Assembly: GCA_964016885.1 (NCBI GenBank)
Contig: OZ024756.1
Coordinates: 25,792,001 to 25,856,000 of the forward strand
Source: Eledone cirrhosa
Taxonomy: Eukaryota
Direction of reading: 5' to 3'
DNA length: 64,000 bases
Below the pieces are notes generated by a model. It did not search any database. It had not been told where the DNA came from and was given only the letters and a program-made list of their open reading frames with translations. Numbering within the stretch: position 1 is the stretch's first letter; each line of letters begins with the position of its first letter. Both the position numbers and the translations under genes were made by a program. Shown here one piece after another: positions 38,301-47,076 of this stretch.

Positions 38301-41300
38301 AATTATGATCCTCTCTATAAAGTTCAACCATTAATTAAAATATCTGAAAAATTTAAAATTGTATATATAAGGAAAAAATCTCAGTGTTAATGAAACAATG
38401 ATTAGGTATAAGGGTAGGGTACATTTCAGACACTATATGCCAGCAAAAACCAACAAATGGGGCATCAAGGTGTGGGAACTCTGTGAATCGGACACAGGCT
38501 ACTGTGCAAACTTCAATATTTACACAGGGAAAAATACCCAACGGAGAGAGAAAAAAAATGTTGTGTGATCTCTGACTGAATCCTTCCACTTTCAACACTG
38601 ATACATATATTTTGACCATCTTTTTTTCTTCATTGCTTCTGGCAGAGGATCTTGCCCTTGTAAATACGTACGCCTGCAGTACAATAATGGGGGAATCACA
38701 AAGGGCTACCCCAAGAAATAAAACTAACAAAATAAAAAAAAAAGAGAGGACATTCTCCCAGTGCAAAAAAGGAACATGCTAACCACATTGTACAAAGACA
38801 AATGGCAAATTTTATTCTAATCTTCTAACCAACAACCAGATGTTGGGGCTGAAGGTCAACTTTTAGTTAACCTCTCTTACAATAAATATATGGGTTGAGA
38901 TGACAAATCCGACCAGTATTGTGCCTATTACTCTGTTGGACGTCCTTGTAAGAAATGATGGAGATATATTTTGTGGTTTTTATTGAATTTAACCATTGTG
39001 AATTCTTTTATTGTATTTACTAAAAGCCACAAGGATCCGTCACCACCAAAGGACTACTCTACTGCCACATGAAATTGTGTGTGCATGTTTCATCTTAGCT
39101 ACATAGAGGATATACTTCTTGCAAACACAGAGCTAGGAGAAAATCAAAATTGTCTGAGCTGAACAAAGAAAATATTAATCTTCATAAAATAGAGAAAATT
39201 AATGGGAGAAAGAATATTTGTAAAAGAGAGAAAATGTTAAAGGTTACCAAGTTGAAACCTCTTTTATGTGTTCCTTTTGCAAAGTGCCATTATGTAAAGG
39301 GTGCTTTGACCAGTTCCATGACAGAAATATTGTCTGACAATATTTTTTAAAAATATATTGGAACACATATGTGAAAACACCTACATTCACCTGTGTCACA
39401 CCTGTTAATGAACAATCGACAATATTGTTTCTAGGTTATTGCCCTTTGTCAAGGTTGTGTTTCTCTCTCCAGTCACACACTAGAACTCTTGAGAATATAA
39501 GGTATTCTCTAAAATATACATCAGCTGATTAGCCTAATTTGCATACTGAGCGATTTTATAGCATTCTTTGCTAAAAGTAATAAAAAACTAATTTAGAATT
39601 TCGTTTTTCACTCTAACATAGCAGATACTTAAATGCATTCCTGAGTTTTATATCAAATAATAATAATATTCAATTTGTTTGCAAGCAAACAGCCTCATTA
39701 CACTATGGTCATATCTCTTGAGAAAAACATAACATTTTGTACACATATATAGAACAAATCAGATGTAGGAGAGTATGCATACTTTAACCCTTTAGCATTT
39801 AAACCGGCTGTATCCGGCCAGAATTATCTCACCTTTTTGTGTTCATACTGGCCACTCATACTGATGTTAAGGTATTGTTCTCAAAATAAATAATATCAAA
39901 ATCTCGTAGATTCGATATTATGAGATAAAACCTTTAGTGCAAAAATGCAATAGTATATATAGAATAATGTAAATACTAAAGGGTTAAAGTGGTACTAAAT
40001 TTACTGATTTATAGACAGTTGTCTTGTAAAATCAAAGATTAGCGCAAAATGATCAGATATATAGCTTTTTGTACAGCATGAGACATATGAAAATAATATC
40101 CACTGATGAATAAAATTTGCGTTTTAATTCATTACTGAAATTAATAGTTGGTAATCGATAATCAATTAATTAGATCAATATTTTGCATTAACCCTTTAGC
40201 ATTTACATTATTCTATATTTACTATCATATTTTCTCGGTAAAGGCTTTACCTCACATAATTATCTCATATAATATAGAATCTATGAGATTTTGATATTAT
40301 TTATTTTGAGAACAATACCTTAACATCAGTATGAACAACTGGTTACAGCCAATTTGAACAGAAAGAGGTGAGAGAATTCTGGCTGGATACGGCCAATTTA
40401 AATGCTAAAGGGTTAATCTTTGATTTCACAAAAAAGCCATCTGGAGATCGGTAAATTTAGTACCATCTTAAAGTATGTATATTCTCCTACATATTATTTT
40501 CTCTATATATGTGTACAAAATGCTGTATGTTTCTGAAAAGATATATCCTTTCTCCTCTCTCTCTATATATATATACATATATCTTTTAAACTTGTATAAT
40601 TGATGTTCTGAGTTTTTTCATTGAGAAACATGATCATTACATATTATATATGTATTGATATTGAGGGCGGTGACTTGGCAGTATCGGTAGATAGTCGGAC
40701 GCCATGCTTTCCAGCATAGTTACGTCCCTTTACGGTCTGAGTTCAAATCCCGTCGAGGTTAACTTTGCCTTTCATCCTTACGGGGTCGATAAAATAATGT
40801 ACTGGGTAATTGCTGGCCTTGTGCTAAAAGTAGAAACAATTATATATGTATTGATACATTGGTATATATGTATATTATATATGTGCCTACCTGTCTGTTT
40901 ACTTGCAGAGTCGGTCAAAACATGAAGATCCAGAACAGTTGAAACTAAAGCAGAAGGCTAAAGAGGTAAGTAGGGTGTTGGTGTATATGTGGGTTGGGGT
41001 CTTGTGTGAGTGTGTGTTCATGTCAGTGTTTATCTGGTTGAGTGTCTATATGTGTGTTGAAATATCTTAACTTACTTATTTCCCTGTGTGTGTGTATAAG
41101 TGTGTATAATCTCGGGAATTTTACCCGCCCTAGATAGATAGATATGAGTGTGAGTGTGTGTGTGAATAAATATTTCTGGTATTCAATATTTTCTTCCAAT
41201 ACAAAGGTGACAAGGCAGCAATTTTGCAGAATTGATTGGTCATCTGATGAAAAATATCTCAGTATTTGTTCCAGCTCACTGTGGTCTGTGTTCAAATCCC

Positions 41301-43953
41301 ATCAAGGTCAGCTGTCTCCCTTACATGGCACCTTTCACCGGTGTACAGTAAAGGAGAAAACAGTTAAACCTCGTTGTGAATATTGAAACAAATGTGTATT
41401 TATGTAGTGTGTACTGAAGGTTTTGTTTTGTTTACTTTCTTTCTCAGTTACAACTAGCAGAGATGGAAGAAATGAGACAACGAGAGGCCAACATCACAGC
41501 ATTAGCAGCTATTGGTCCGAGAAAGAAACGGAAAACAGAAGCAGGAGACTCAAATCAGGTATGTATTATATTGGCAAACAATAAGTTTGGGCCTTTTTGT
41601 TTTGGTAGCCAGCCACTGGCAGTATTGTTTAATGATTGACATCCTGTACTGCATCAAATCACATTAACAAGACATTCTTGAAAAGTTTAAAATAGCATTA
41701 TGTTTGCATCATCATCATCATTTGTCATGTTGTCTAATAAGTGAGTAATCAATTTGGCATATGTGTTCACCTGATTGGTATAAAACCAGGTGGTTGGTTA
41801 GTTTCCTGAAATTTGAGTTGCAGATGGTTAGTTCATTTACATCCCAGAATTCCAAGAGCCTCAGCCTCTCTTCGTTCCCACCATGAACTCCGCTGAATCC
41901 ACCCTTGTCTCACGTGTCCATTGAAGTCGCCTGCCAGGCTGATAAGGTCTCTTTTGTCAATACTTGAAGTTGTTTGTAAAAGTTCCTCATAGAAATTGTC
42001 CTTCTGTTCTTTACCCAGTCCTTCCTGCGTAGCATAGGTAGATGTGGTTCTCACCAGTCTATTTCCTGCAGTTAATCCAAGCTTGATGATTCTGTCACTT
42101 ACTCTAACTACCTCTATCACCTTCTCTATTCATTTCTCAACTAGTAGGATGCCTACACTGCCTACCCCATTGTCATTTCCTACCCAGTAGAGTTTATATC
42201 TAAGTTGCTTGCCCGTGATTAATCTCTCTGAGGCACCCCTTCACCTTACTTCTTGTATACAGCATACATCTACCCCTCTTCTTTCTAACAGTTTCACAAT
42301 TTCACCTGATTTGCTTTTCAGAGTACCAACATTGAGAGTGGAAGTCCTGAGATTTGTACCTTGATAGTTGTTACTTCTTTAGTTAGAGGTTTTATGTACC
42401 TGAAAGGGAAAGTGGTTGTGTGATTGCTTGATGGCAGTTGAGGGGTTCTCGCACATGGCTACTGGGAATATACTAATGTTAGGAAATATGTATGTACAAA
42501 GTCATTAGAATGTTGGATAGAAATGCTTTGCAATATTTGTTCCAGCTCTCTGCACACTGAATTCAAATCCTACTGGAGTTAACTTTGTCTTTCATCCTTT
42601 CAAGGTCAATAAAAAACTTACTTTTTTTCTCTATATTTCTTTCTCACTTCCTCTCTATCGCTTTCTCTCCTTCTCTGGAAGAAATCACCTGAAGATGGGA
42701 TCGTCTCCACAAGGTTTAAAATGCACAAGACACACTGAATCACTGTATGTTACTACAGTGTCCCATCGACTCCATCAGGAGTTACAGGTTCATACCTACA
42801 GTATCTAATATATCATTTCCTATTTCAGAGTGGTACATCAACATCTCTAACAAATGGTGGAGTAACTTCATCTTCAGTTCGACCTGTAAGTCTTCATTTT
42901 TTTTACATGTTTTCCTCTCATCCAAGAAGAGTACTTTCTTATTCCCATACACCCCAATATTTTCTCAATTTTACTACATTGTTAACTACAGGTGTCATGC
43001 CTCATTAGGTGCAGGCATGACTATGCAGTTAAGATATGTTCACTTCACACCTACAGAGGTGGAATCTTTAGTATTTTCTTTTGTGAAAGCATCTGACCAA
43101 ATGGAGACAGTATAAGGTTTGAAAAGATTCTTCTGTGTGGCCGAACACGTGACAACCTTTTAGTGCTGATGCCACAATAAAATACACCCAGTACACTCTG
43201 TAAAGTGTTAGTGCTGGTTCCCCCCAAAACACACACCCAATACACTGCGTAAGGTGGTTTGTGTTAGGAAGGACATCCAGCCATAAAAACCATGCCAAAT
43301 ATGAAACACATGAATAAGATGAGGTCATTCTGACCTGCCTGATTTCGAACTGTGACAACTCATCCAACCCACACCACTGGAGAAGGTTGTCATATAATGA
43401 TATGGCTTAGTGGTTAGGGCAGTGGTTCCCAACCTTTTTTGCTCCATACCTTACCTCAACATCTAAAAAATTGTTTATGTCCTCCTTTGATATAAAAACA
43501 AACTGAGTTTTGTAAATTCGACTCCAAAGTGTAAACAAACTGCTCGTAGGTGCTGCCAGATACATGATAACATGTGTAAACGAAGTGTAACTGGAAATTT
43601 GGTCATATTATGTCACATTCAAATTGCCTCCCTGTGGGGCATGCGTCCCACATTGGGAATCACTGGGTTAGGGTGTTTGTCTGGGTCACTTAGCTGAGAA
43701 ATGAGTACCAGCAATTTCTTTTGTTTTTCTTTTTGTATCTATTTTTCACCAAATTTCCCATTAATCAACACAGTTTAACATTCCTGTTAAGACAATTCCC
43801 ATTTCTTTTTATCTTTCTCCTCTCTATTTCTTCCTGTAGGTGGTGTCCCGTCCACGTATCAAACGTGTAAACCTGAGAGACTTGTTATTTTTGATGGAAC
43901 AAGACAAATCTTTATGCAGATCAACGCTGATGTATAAATCATTTTTTAAGTGA
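17250..43953 (+). CDS. TAF4: Transcription initiation factor TFIID subunit 4; join(17250-18833,24651-24815,26833-27070,27725-27852,29120-29209,30405-30665,31948-32207,33155-33324,33656-33786,34476-34601,40909-40965,41448-41558,42829-42885,43840-43953), about 1163 aa
   Basis: Conserved N-terminus (SEVDENEVSALVGTLESRL), TAFH/NHR1 domain (NVRKCKNFMATLLKLAS...SSPQPCLVPFLKKSLPLLR), DDDDINDVATMGGVNLSEE, histone fold (ISHATQERLRDFIEKL), ANITALAAIGPRKKRK, C-terminal RVNLRDLLFLME; phases consistent. Confidence 0.96.
20262..20531 (+). mobile_element. Two adjacent family-A SINE fragments
   Basis: AAGTTCAAATCTCGCCGAGGTCAACTTTGCCTTTCATCTTTCC...AAAGTACCAG...ATTGCTGGCCTTGTGCC. Confidence 0.75.
21985..22250. 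repeat. 40-bp minisatellite GATAGGTGGGTCATCACAACACTGGACTAGATGTCTTAGT, 6-7 copies
   Basis: Direct 40-nt periodicity. Confidence 0.92.
23060..23560 (-). mobile_element. RTE-clade LINE 3' fragment (degenerate)
   Basis: ORF 23006-23389 gives KGRLYDVCVRRAMLHGSEETW...GHV...CWVEKC...RRGRLRKNW, typical of the RTE C-terminus. Confidence 0.8.
23927..24010. repeat. (CT)n microsatellite
   Basis: Direct reading. Confidence 0.95.
24651..24815 (+). CDS. TAF4: TAF4 exon 2
   Basis: TCTAG acceptor; NAITLPTSIQLQPGTVLVKNEQGQLVLVH, similar to the LPPGMVLVRSENGQL motif of vertebrate TAF4; donor AAG|GTAAGT. Confidence 0.9.
26010..26300 (-). mobile_element. Possible Penelope-like element fragment (start of GIY-YIG endonuclease)
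   Basis: Minus strand reads LVYIIGCKRSGKFYIRET, resembling the NLVYxIxCxxCxxxYIGET GIY-YIG motif, preceded by GFYSCSG; heavily degenerate. Confidence 0.45.
26553..26746 (-). mobile_element. piggyBac-derived TTAA MITE (family P1), inserted into an older TTAA-type MITE
   Basis: TIRs CCCTTTAGCATTTA...TAAATGCTAAAGGG with TAAA/TTAA flanks; flanking DNA matches the repeat at 54006-54320. Confidence 0.85.
26833..27070 (+). CDS. TAF4: TAF4 exon 3
   Basis: TTTCAG acceptor; PMCNQGQPRQPTSTP...VTNVLP; donor CAG|GTAAGA. Confidence 0.85.
27725..27852 (+). CDS. TAF4: TAF4 exon 4 (TAFH domain)
   Basis: QNSNMIDNVRKCKNFMATLLKLASNQRPETILGVRELIQGLI; donor GTAAGT. Confidence 0.95.
28158..28204 (-). ncRNA. Minimal type I hammerhead-like ribozyme (core variant CCGAUGA)
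   Basis: Minus strand: UGCU-CCGAUGA-UUCCAGA(CAUCCC)UCUGGAA-GAAA-C(AAUU)GUC-AGCA; stems I and II perfectly paired, palindromic minimal stem III. Confidence 0.6.
29120..29209 (+). CDS. TAF4: TAF4 exon 5 (TAFH domain)
   Basis: DGKVDPESFTEKLQIELQSSPQPCLVPFLK; AG and GTAAGT borders. Confidence 0.95.
29317..29651 (+). mobile_element. tRNA-derived SINE (family B) with CORE-like centre and RTE-like (TGA)n tail
   Basis: A box TGGCTTAGTGG, B box GAGTTCAATTCT, CCTTGAGCAAGACACTT core, tail GGACGTAAAATGAAATGATGAT; near-identical to 46736-47076. Confidence 0.88.
29900..30270 (+). mobile_element. RTE LINE 3' end, degenerate
   Basis: Same KG(R/Q)LYDVCV...LHGSE region as 23060-23560, ending ACCCGTCTAAGCATGGAAAGATGG. 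Confidence 0.6.
30405..30665 (+). CDS. TAF4: TAF4 exon 6
   Basis: KSLPLLRHSLYMNKMSIEGVRPPPP...HQPTQ; donor CAG|GTAAGT. Confidence 0.92.
30903..31340. repeat. Tandem repeat of 78-95 bp, 5 copies (CAGATAGTATCAGCAATGGAAAGACCATTGG...)
   Basis: Units start near 30903, 30998, 31090, 31168 and 31263. Confidence 0.85.
31948..32207 (+). CDS. TAF4: TAF4 exon 7
   Basis: TGTAG acceptor; TIFKQVCQGG...KEKRKYESL; donor AA|GTAAGT, phase 2; alternative in-frame AG at 31961-31962. Confidence 0.85.
32275..33094. repeat. 38-bp minisatellite GCCAGTGATTGTAATATAAGTAACAGTRTGTATGTTAG, about 21 copies, filling TAF4 intron 7
   Basis: Exact 38-nt period from about 32560; degenerate units upstream. Confidence 0.93.
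33155..33324 (+). CDS. TAF4: TAF4 exon 8
   Basis: DDDDINDVATMGGVNLSEETRNIMATNAEFIGTQIRSCKDECFL; donor G|GTAAGT. Confidence 0.96.
33656..33786 (+). CDS. TAF4: TAF4 exon 9 (histone fold)
   Basis: AKKYGVEDVPPDVANIISHATQERLRDFIEKLSTIAEHRTEIYK; donor GTAAGT. Confidence 0.96.
34476..34601 (+). CDS. TAF4: TAF4 exon 10
   Basis: MDSRYEVKNDVRAILKHFEELERLEKKRHEEQEREMLLRVAK; AAG acceptor, AAG|GTCGGT donor. Confidence 0.93.
35245..37423 (+). mobile_element. RTE-BovB-like LINE (APE endonuclease + reverse transcriptase), pseudogenised and 3'-truncated by a piggyBac insertion
   Basis: YTLYW...SGVGFIVK...LFSVYSPTL, GDFNARVG, KHWHFIDYIL, GKSAGVDGIPPEIWK, KGEKSDCSNYQGITL, QCGFRVNRSTTDM, DLLFANDA (YADD equivalent); many stops and frameshifts. 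Confidence 0.92.
37428..39983 (+). mobile_element. piggyBac DNA transposon with degenerate PGBD4-like transposase (about 37686-39350)
   Basis: TTAA at 37424-37427 then CCCTTTAGC TIR; acidic N-terminus MACESSDIDFEGF; SVNETMIRYKGRVHFRHYMPAKPTKWGIKVWELCESDTGY; IYFDHLFF; YNKYMG*DDKSDQ; C-terminal CSFCKVPLCKGCFDQFH; right boundary uncertain. Confidence 0.88.
39788..39983 (+). mobile_element. piggyBac-derived TTAA MITE (family P1)
   Basis: TTAA-CCCTTTAGCATTTA...TAAATACTAAAGGG-TTAA. Confidence 0.9.
40192..40412 (-). mobile_element. piggyBac-derived TTAA MITE (family P1), inverted relative to 39788-39983
   Basis: TTAA-CCCTTTAGCATTTA...TAAATGCTAAAGGG-TTAA. Confidence 0.9.
40666..40841 (+). mobile_element. 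tRNA-derived SINE (family A), near full length, with TSD-like flanks
   Basis: A box TGGCAGTATCGG, B box GAGTTCAAATCC, core GCCTTTCATCCTTACGGGGTCGATAAAATAA; direct repeat ATTATATATGTATTGATA at 40643-40660 and 40839-40856. Confidence 0.88.
40909..40965 (+). CDS. TAF4: TAF4 exon 11
   Basis: SRSKHEDPEQLKLKQKAKE; TTGCAG and GTAAGT borders. Confidence 0.95.
41448..41558 (+). CDS. TAF4: TAF4 exon 12
   Basis: LQLAEMEEMRQREANITALAAIGPRKKRKTEAGDSNQ; donor CAG|GTATGT. Confidence 0.96.
41760..42350 (-). mobile_element. RTE LINE 5' fragment (APE endonuclease)
   Basis: TLNVGTLKSKSGEIVKLLERRGVDVCCIQEVR...YKLYWVGNDNGVGSVGILL...VSDRII...LAGDFNGHV. Confidence 0.88.
42829..42885 (+). CDS. TAF4: TAF4 exon 13 (S/T/G linker)
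   Basis: TTTCAG acceptor; SGTSTSLTNGGVTSSSVRP; donor GTAAGT; phase 0-0. Confidence 0.8.
43420..43665. mobile_element. hAT (Charlie-like) MITE with 8-bp TSD, inserted in a SINE head
   Basis: TIRs CAGTGGTTCCCAA...TTGGGAATCACTG; TSD GGTTAGGG at 43412-43419 and 43666-43673. Confidence 0.9.
43840..43953 (+). CDS. TAF4: TAF4 exon 14 (conserved C-terminal domain, stop)
   Basis: VVSRPRIKRVNLRDLLFLMEQDKSLCRSTLMYKSFFK-TGA. Confidence 0.96.
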   Translation: MVSRPRIKRVNLRDLLFLMEQDKSLCRSTLMYKSFFK

Positions 43954-43962
43954 CCTCTTCTT

Positions 43963-44550
43963 TACCACTATCACTACCACCACCACCACCACAACTACTA
44001 CTACTACTACTACTACACTACTATTAAACACTGTTACTACCACCACCACAACCACTACTACTAAAAACACCAAACGACACCCTCTTCCCCCCGCCCACTC
44101 CATAACATCACACCTCATTGCCACACAATACCCCACCCTACCCCCTCTGAACTATATTGACCACAAATGTTAACCCCCCCCCCCCCCCCCCCAAAAAAAA
44201 TGTGTGTGTCGGTGTGTTGACTCTCGGAGAGGGAGATGGTATGGTGGGGGGAGCAGAAGGAAAGAAGGAGATAGTATAAGTGAGAGAAAAGAGTGGAGGG
44301 AAGAGAGAGACAGTATGAGAGGGGGTGGAGGGGAAAGAGAAAGACAGTAGCAAAAGGAAGAAGAGGTGGAGGAGGAGGCAGACAAGGAATGTGATTTTAA
44401 TCCAAAATGAAATCAAACCACCACCATAATCATCATCATTATCACCATCATCATCACTATCATCACCATTATCATCTCTATCATTGCTACCACCACCACC
44501 ACTGCCATCAACACATCATCATCATCATCATCATCATCACAACTACATCA
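43963..44550. repeat. Trinucleotide (CAC/TAC/CAT) and poly-C tracts in the probable TAF4 3' UTR
   Basis: Direct reading just after the TAF4 stop codon. Confidence 0.8.
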
Positions 44551-46735
44551 CTGCACCTTTTGTACTCATATTCCACTATAACTGACTACAGGGGCAATAG
44601 GAGGAAGGGGTGGACTGTGAAGGGAAGGTATATTGTTATCCCAGTAACCATAACAACAACAACAACAGTTATCTTTAGATTACTGGAAAAGAATGATTTT
44701 TTTATCATTTGCTTTTCTTCATCCAACCTACTTCCTCACAATAATAAAACAACAATACTAATTAGATGATACTCCAGAATGGCCTTAGCCATGATGGTTA
44801 AAATAAATTAAAGAGCAATTAATACTAATAAAGCAATAGCTTCATTTGATTAGTTGCCAAGCCAGTTTTGCTAGAGAATGGCTATAGTTAATATGAATTA
44901 ATGCCCTGTGTATTACTGGTATAAAGAGTAATGGATTAGCAGCATTTACTTACAGCTCTTTATGTTCTGATTTCAAATTCAGTTGAAGTTGACTTCACCT
45001 TTCATCTTTCTGGGGTCAATTTGACTTTCTCCTCTCCCAGAATTACTGGCCTTGTACCTCTGTAAGAAGCAATATATTACTGGTATATGTGGCAAATTGG
45101 CAGAGTTAGAGTATTGAATAACATGATCCTTTGAAGTATTTGTTCTGGCTATCTGCACTCCATGTTGAAATCCCACCAAGGTCATCCTATTAGTGTGGAT
45201 AAATAAATAAAGTAGCAGTGAAGAGGTGGTGGATTGTCTGAAATGTTTTGTTGGATGCTGATTTGGTCCTTTGCATTTTGTGTTTGAATTCCACCTAAGT
45301 GCTGATGACCATGGGTTATCACCTGACCACAGGAACACTTGGTTTGATCCACACTTGACAAGTGTAGACAGACAGGTAGGCCTACTAAAACCAGCAGAGT
45401 TGCTGAGGCTCCATCCAACAGTAGATCAAAAAACGATTTAGTAGGAGGATTACTGATACTGGTATTACATCTATTGTCAACAGAAGTACGGAACACAACT
45501 GATTATTTGTAAATCTTCATTTTGAGGTTTTCTTCACTTTCCTCAAGACAAAATTGACAGAGCCTTTAAAACAGCAGATAAAAATGTCTGGCAGTATTCC
45601 TTACTGTTCTCTGTGTTCTTAGTTCAAATTCCACCAACGTAAACTCTGTCTTGATATTGTTTTGTGGTATTGATAAATAAAATGCCATTTCAAGTTCTCA
45701 GGTCGTTTTTTTTTTTGTCATGCTTTCTTTTTCTCCTACACTATAGAAGGTCCCCTTTACACATCAATCACCAGGGACTTCACTGCTAACCTCTTTTTAG
45801 ACAGATCCAATGACGATCTTTCCCTGGTGCCGTCGTAGTAGTTACTTTAGGAGTTGGTGTTCTTCCCTGAATCAGCAATAGTAGTGTTCTTCTAGTTTAT
45901 GTTATTGATGAGTGGCTCAGGGATTAACTTTGCTTTGCAATCATGAGCTAGGTTCGATTCCACTGTGTGTCATCTTGGCTAAACATCTTTTACCATAACC
46001 TCAGGTCAACCCAAACTTTGTGAGTGAAATCAGATAACAGAAACTGAGGAAGACTATGAGATGGACTGCACCTGTAATTCAAAAGTCCAGTCATGTCACA
46101 CCAATTCAGCTTGTGAATTAACATTAAGGGTACACATGTCTGTGGAATATTCAGCCATTTATATGTTAATTCATGAGTCAGGCATTCTGTTGATTGAACA
46201 AATAACTGAATGCTTATTGTTGAGATTAATTAAGGATCTATTTTATAGGAAACTGTTCATCTATTGCATATTGTTGTTGTAGTGTAGTTGCTGTCAGCTC
46301 TATTGTAGCCTTGACATAGAGGGAATAGCTACTGTTGTTGGCCACACTGAATCATAAGACATATGATCTAATATGTTCCAGCCATGACCATCCTATCGTT
46401 TTTTTGTTTTTTTTTCTTTCTTCAAATTACATTGTTCAACATAGTCATCTTTTTTTAAAGCAGTATGGTTTGATTTGAGGGATTTTTGACTGCTATCTTT
46501 TAACAAATTGAATGTTTCTAATGCAGCTTGTAGAGGTAGTCACTAATATTTCTGTGTCTTTGAAGGGGGGGGGGGGGGCGTAGTCATTGTAATATACATG
46601 TGTGTGTGTGTGTGTGTGTATATAGATATATGTGTGTGTGTGTGTATATATATATATAGGAAAATGTTAGACTCCGACGGCAGAGCTCAAGCCGTTTCGA
46701 CGGCTATTACCACACCTCCTTCGTTATATATATAA

Positions 46736-47076
46736 GGCACATGGCTTAGTGGTTAGAGCATTGGCCTAGCAATCGAAAGGTTGTGAGTTCAATTCTCAGA
46801 CCGGGTGATGTGTTGTTTCCTTGAGCAAGACACTTTATTTCACATTGCCCCAGTTTACTCAGCTGTAGAAATGAGATGATAGGGACTGGGTTCCCTATCA
46901 TTCCACTGCAAAGTGGACGTGTAGGTGCCATGGCAAAAAAGCACTCAGCACTCACTGTAAATGAGGTTGGTGTTAGGAAGGGCATCCAGCTGTAGAAATC
47001 AAGCCAGCATCAGTTCCCGTCCCACCCTTGCAAGCAGGGAAAAGTGGACGTAAAATGAAATGATGATGATGATGAT
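46736..47076 (+). mobile_element. tRNA-derived SINE (family B), second near-identical copy
   Basis: Near-identical to 29317-29651; the minus-strand ORFs 29330-29569 and 46746-46985 differ at few residues. Confidence 0.88.

Noticed and set aside
40103-40152. CTGATGA...GAAA hammerhead-like words
   Set aside because: Stem II does not abut GAAA and no stem I/III or cleavage triplet forms; it is the centre of the foldback
44407-44769. 120-aa His-rich ORF after TAF4
   Set aside because: Product of CAT/CAC trinucleotide repeats in probable 3' UTR
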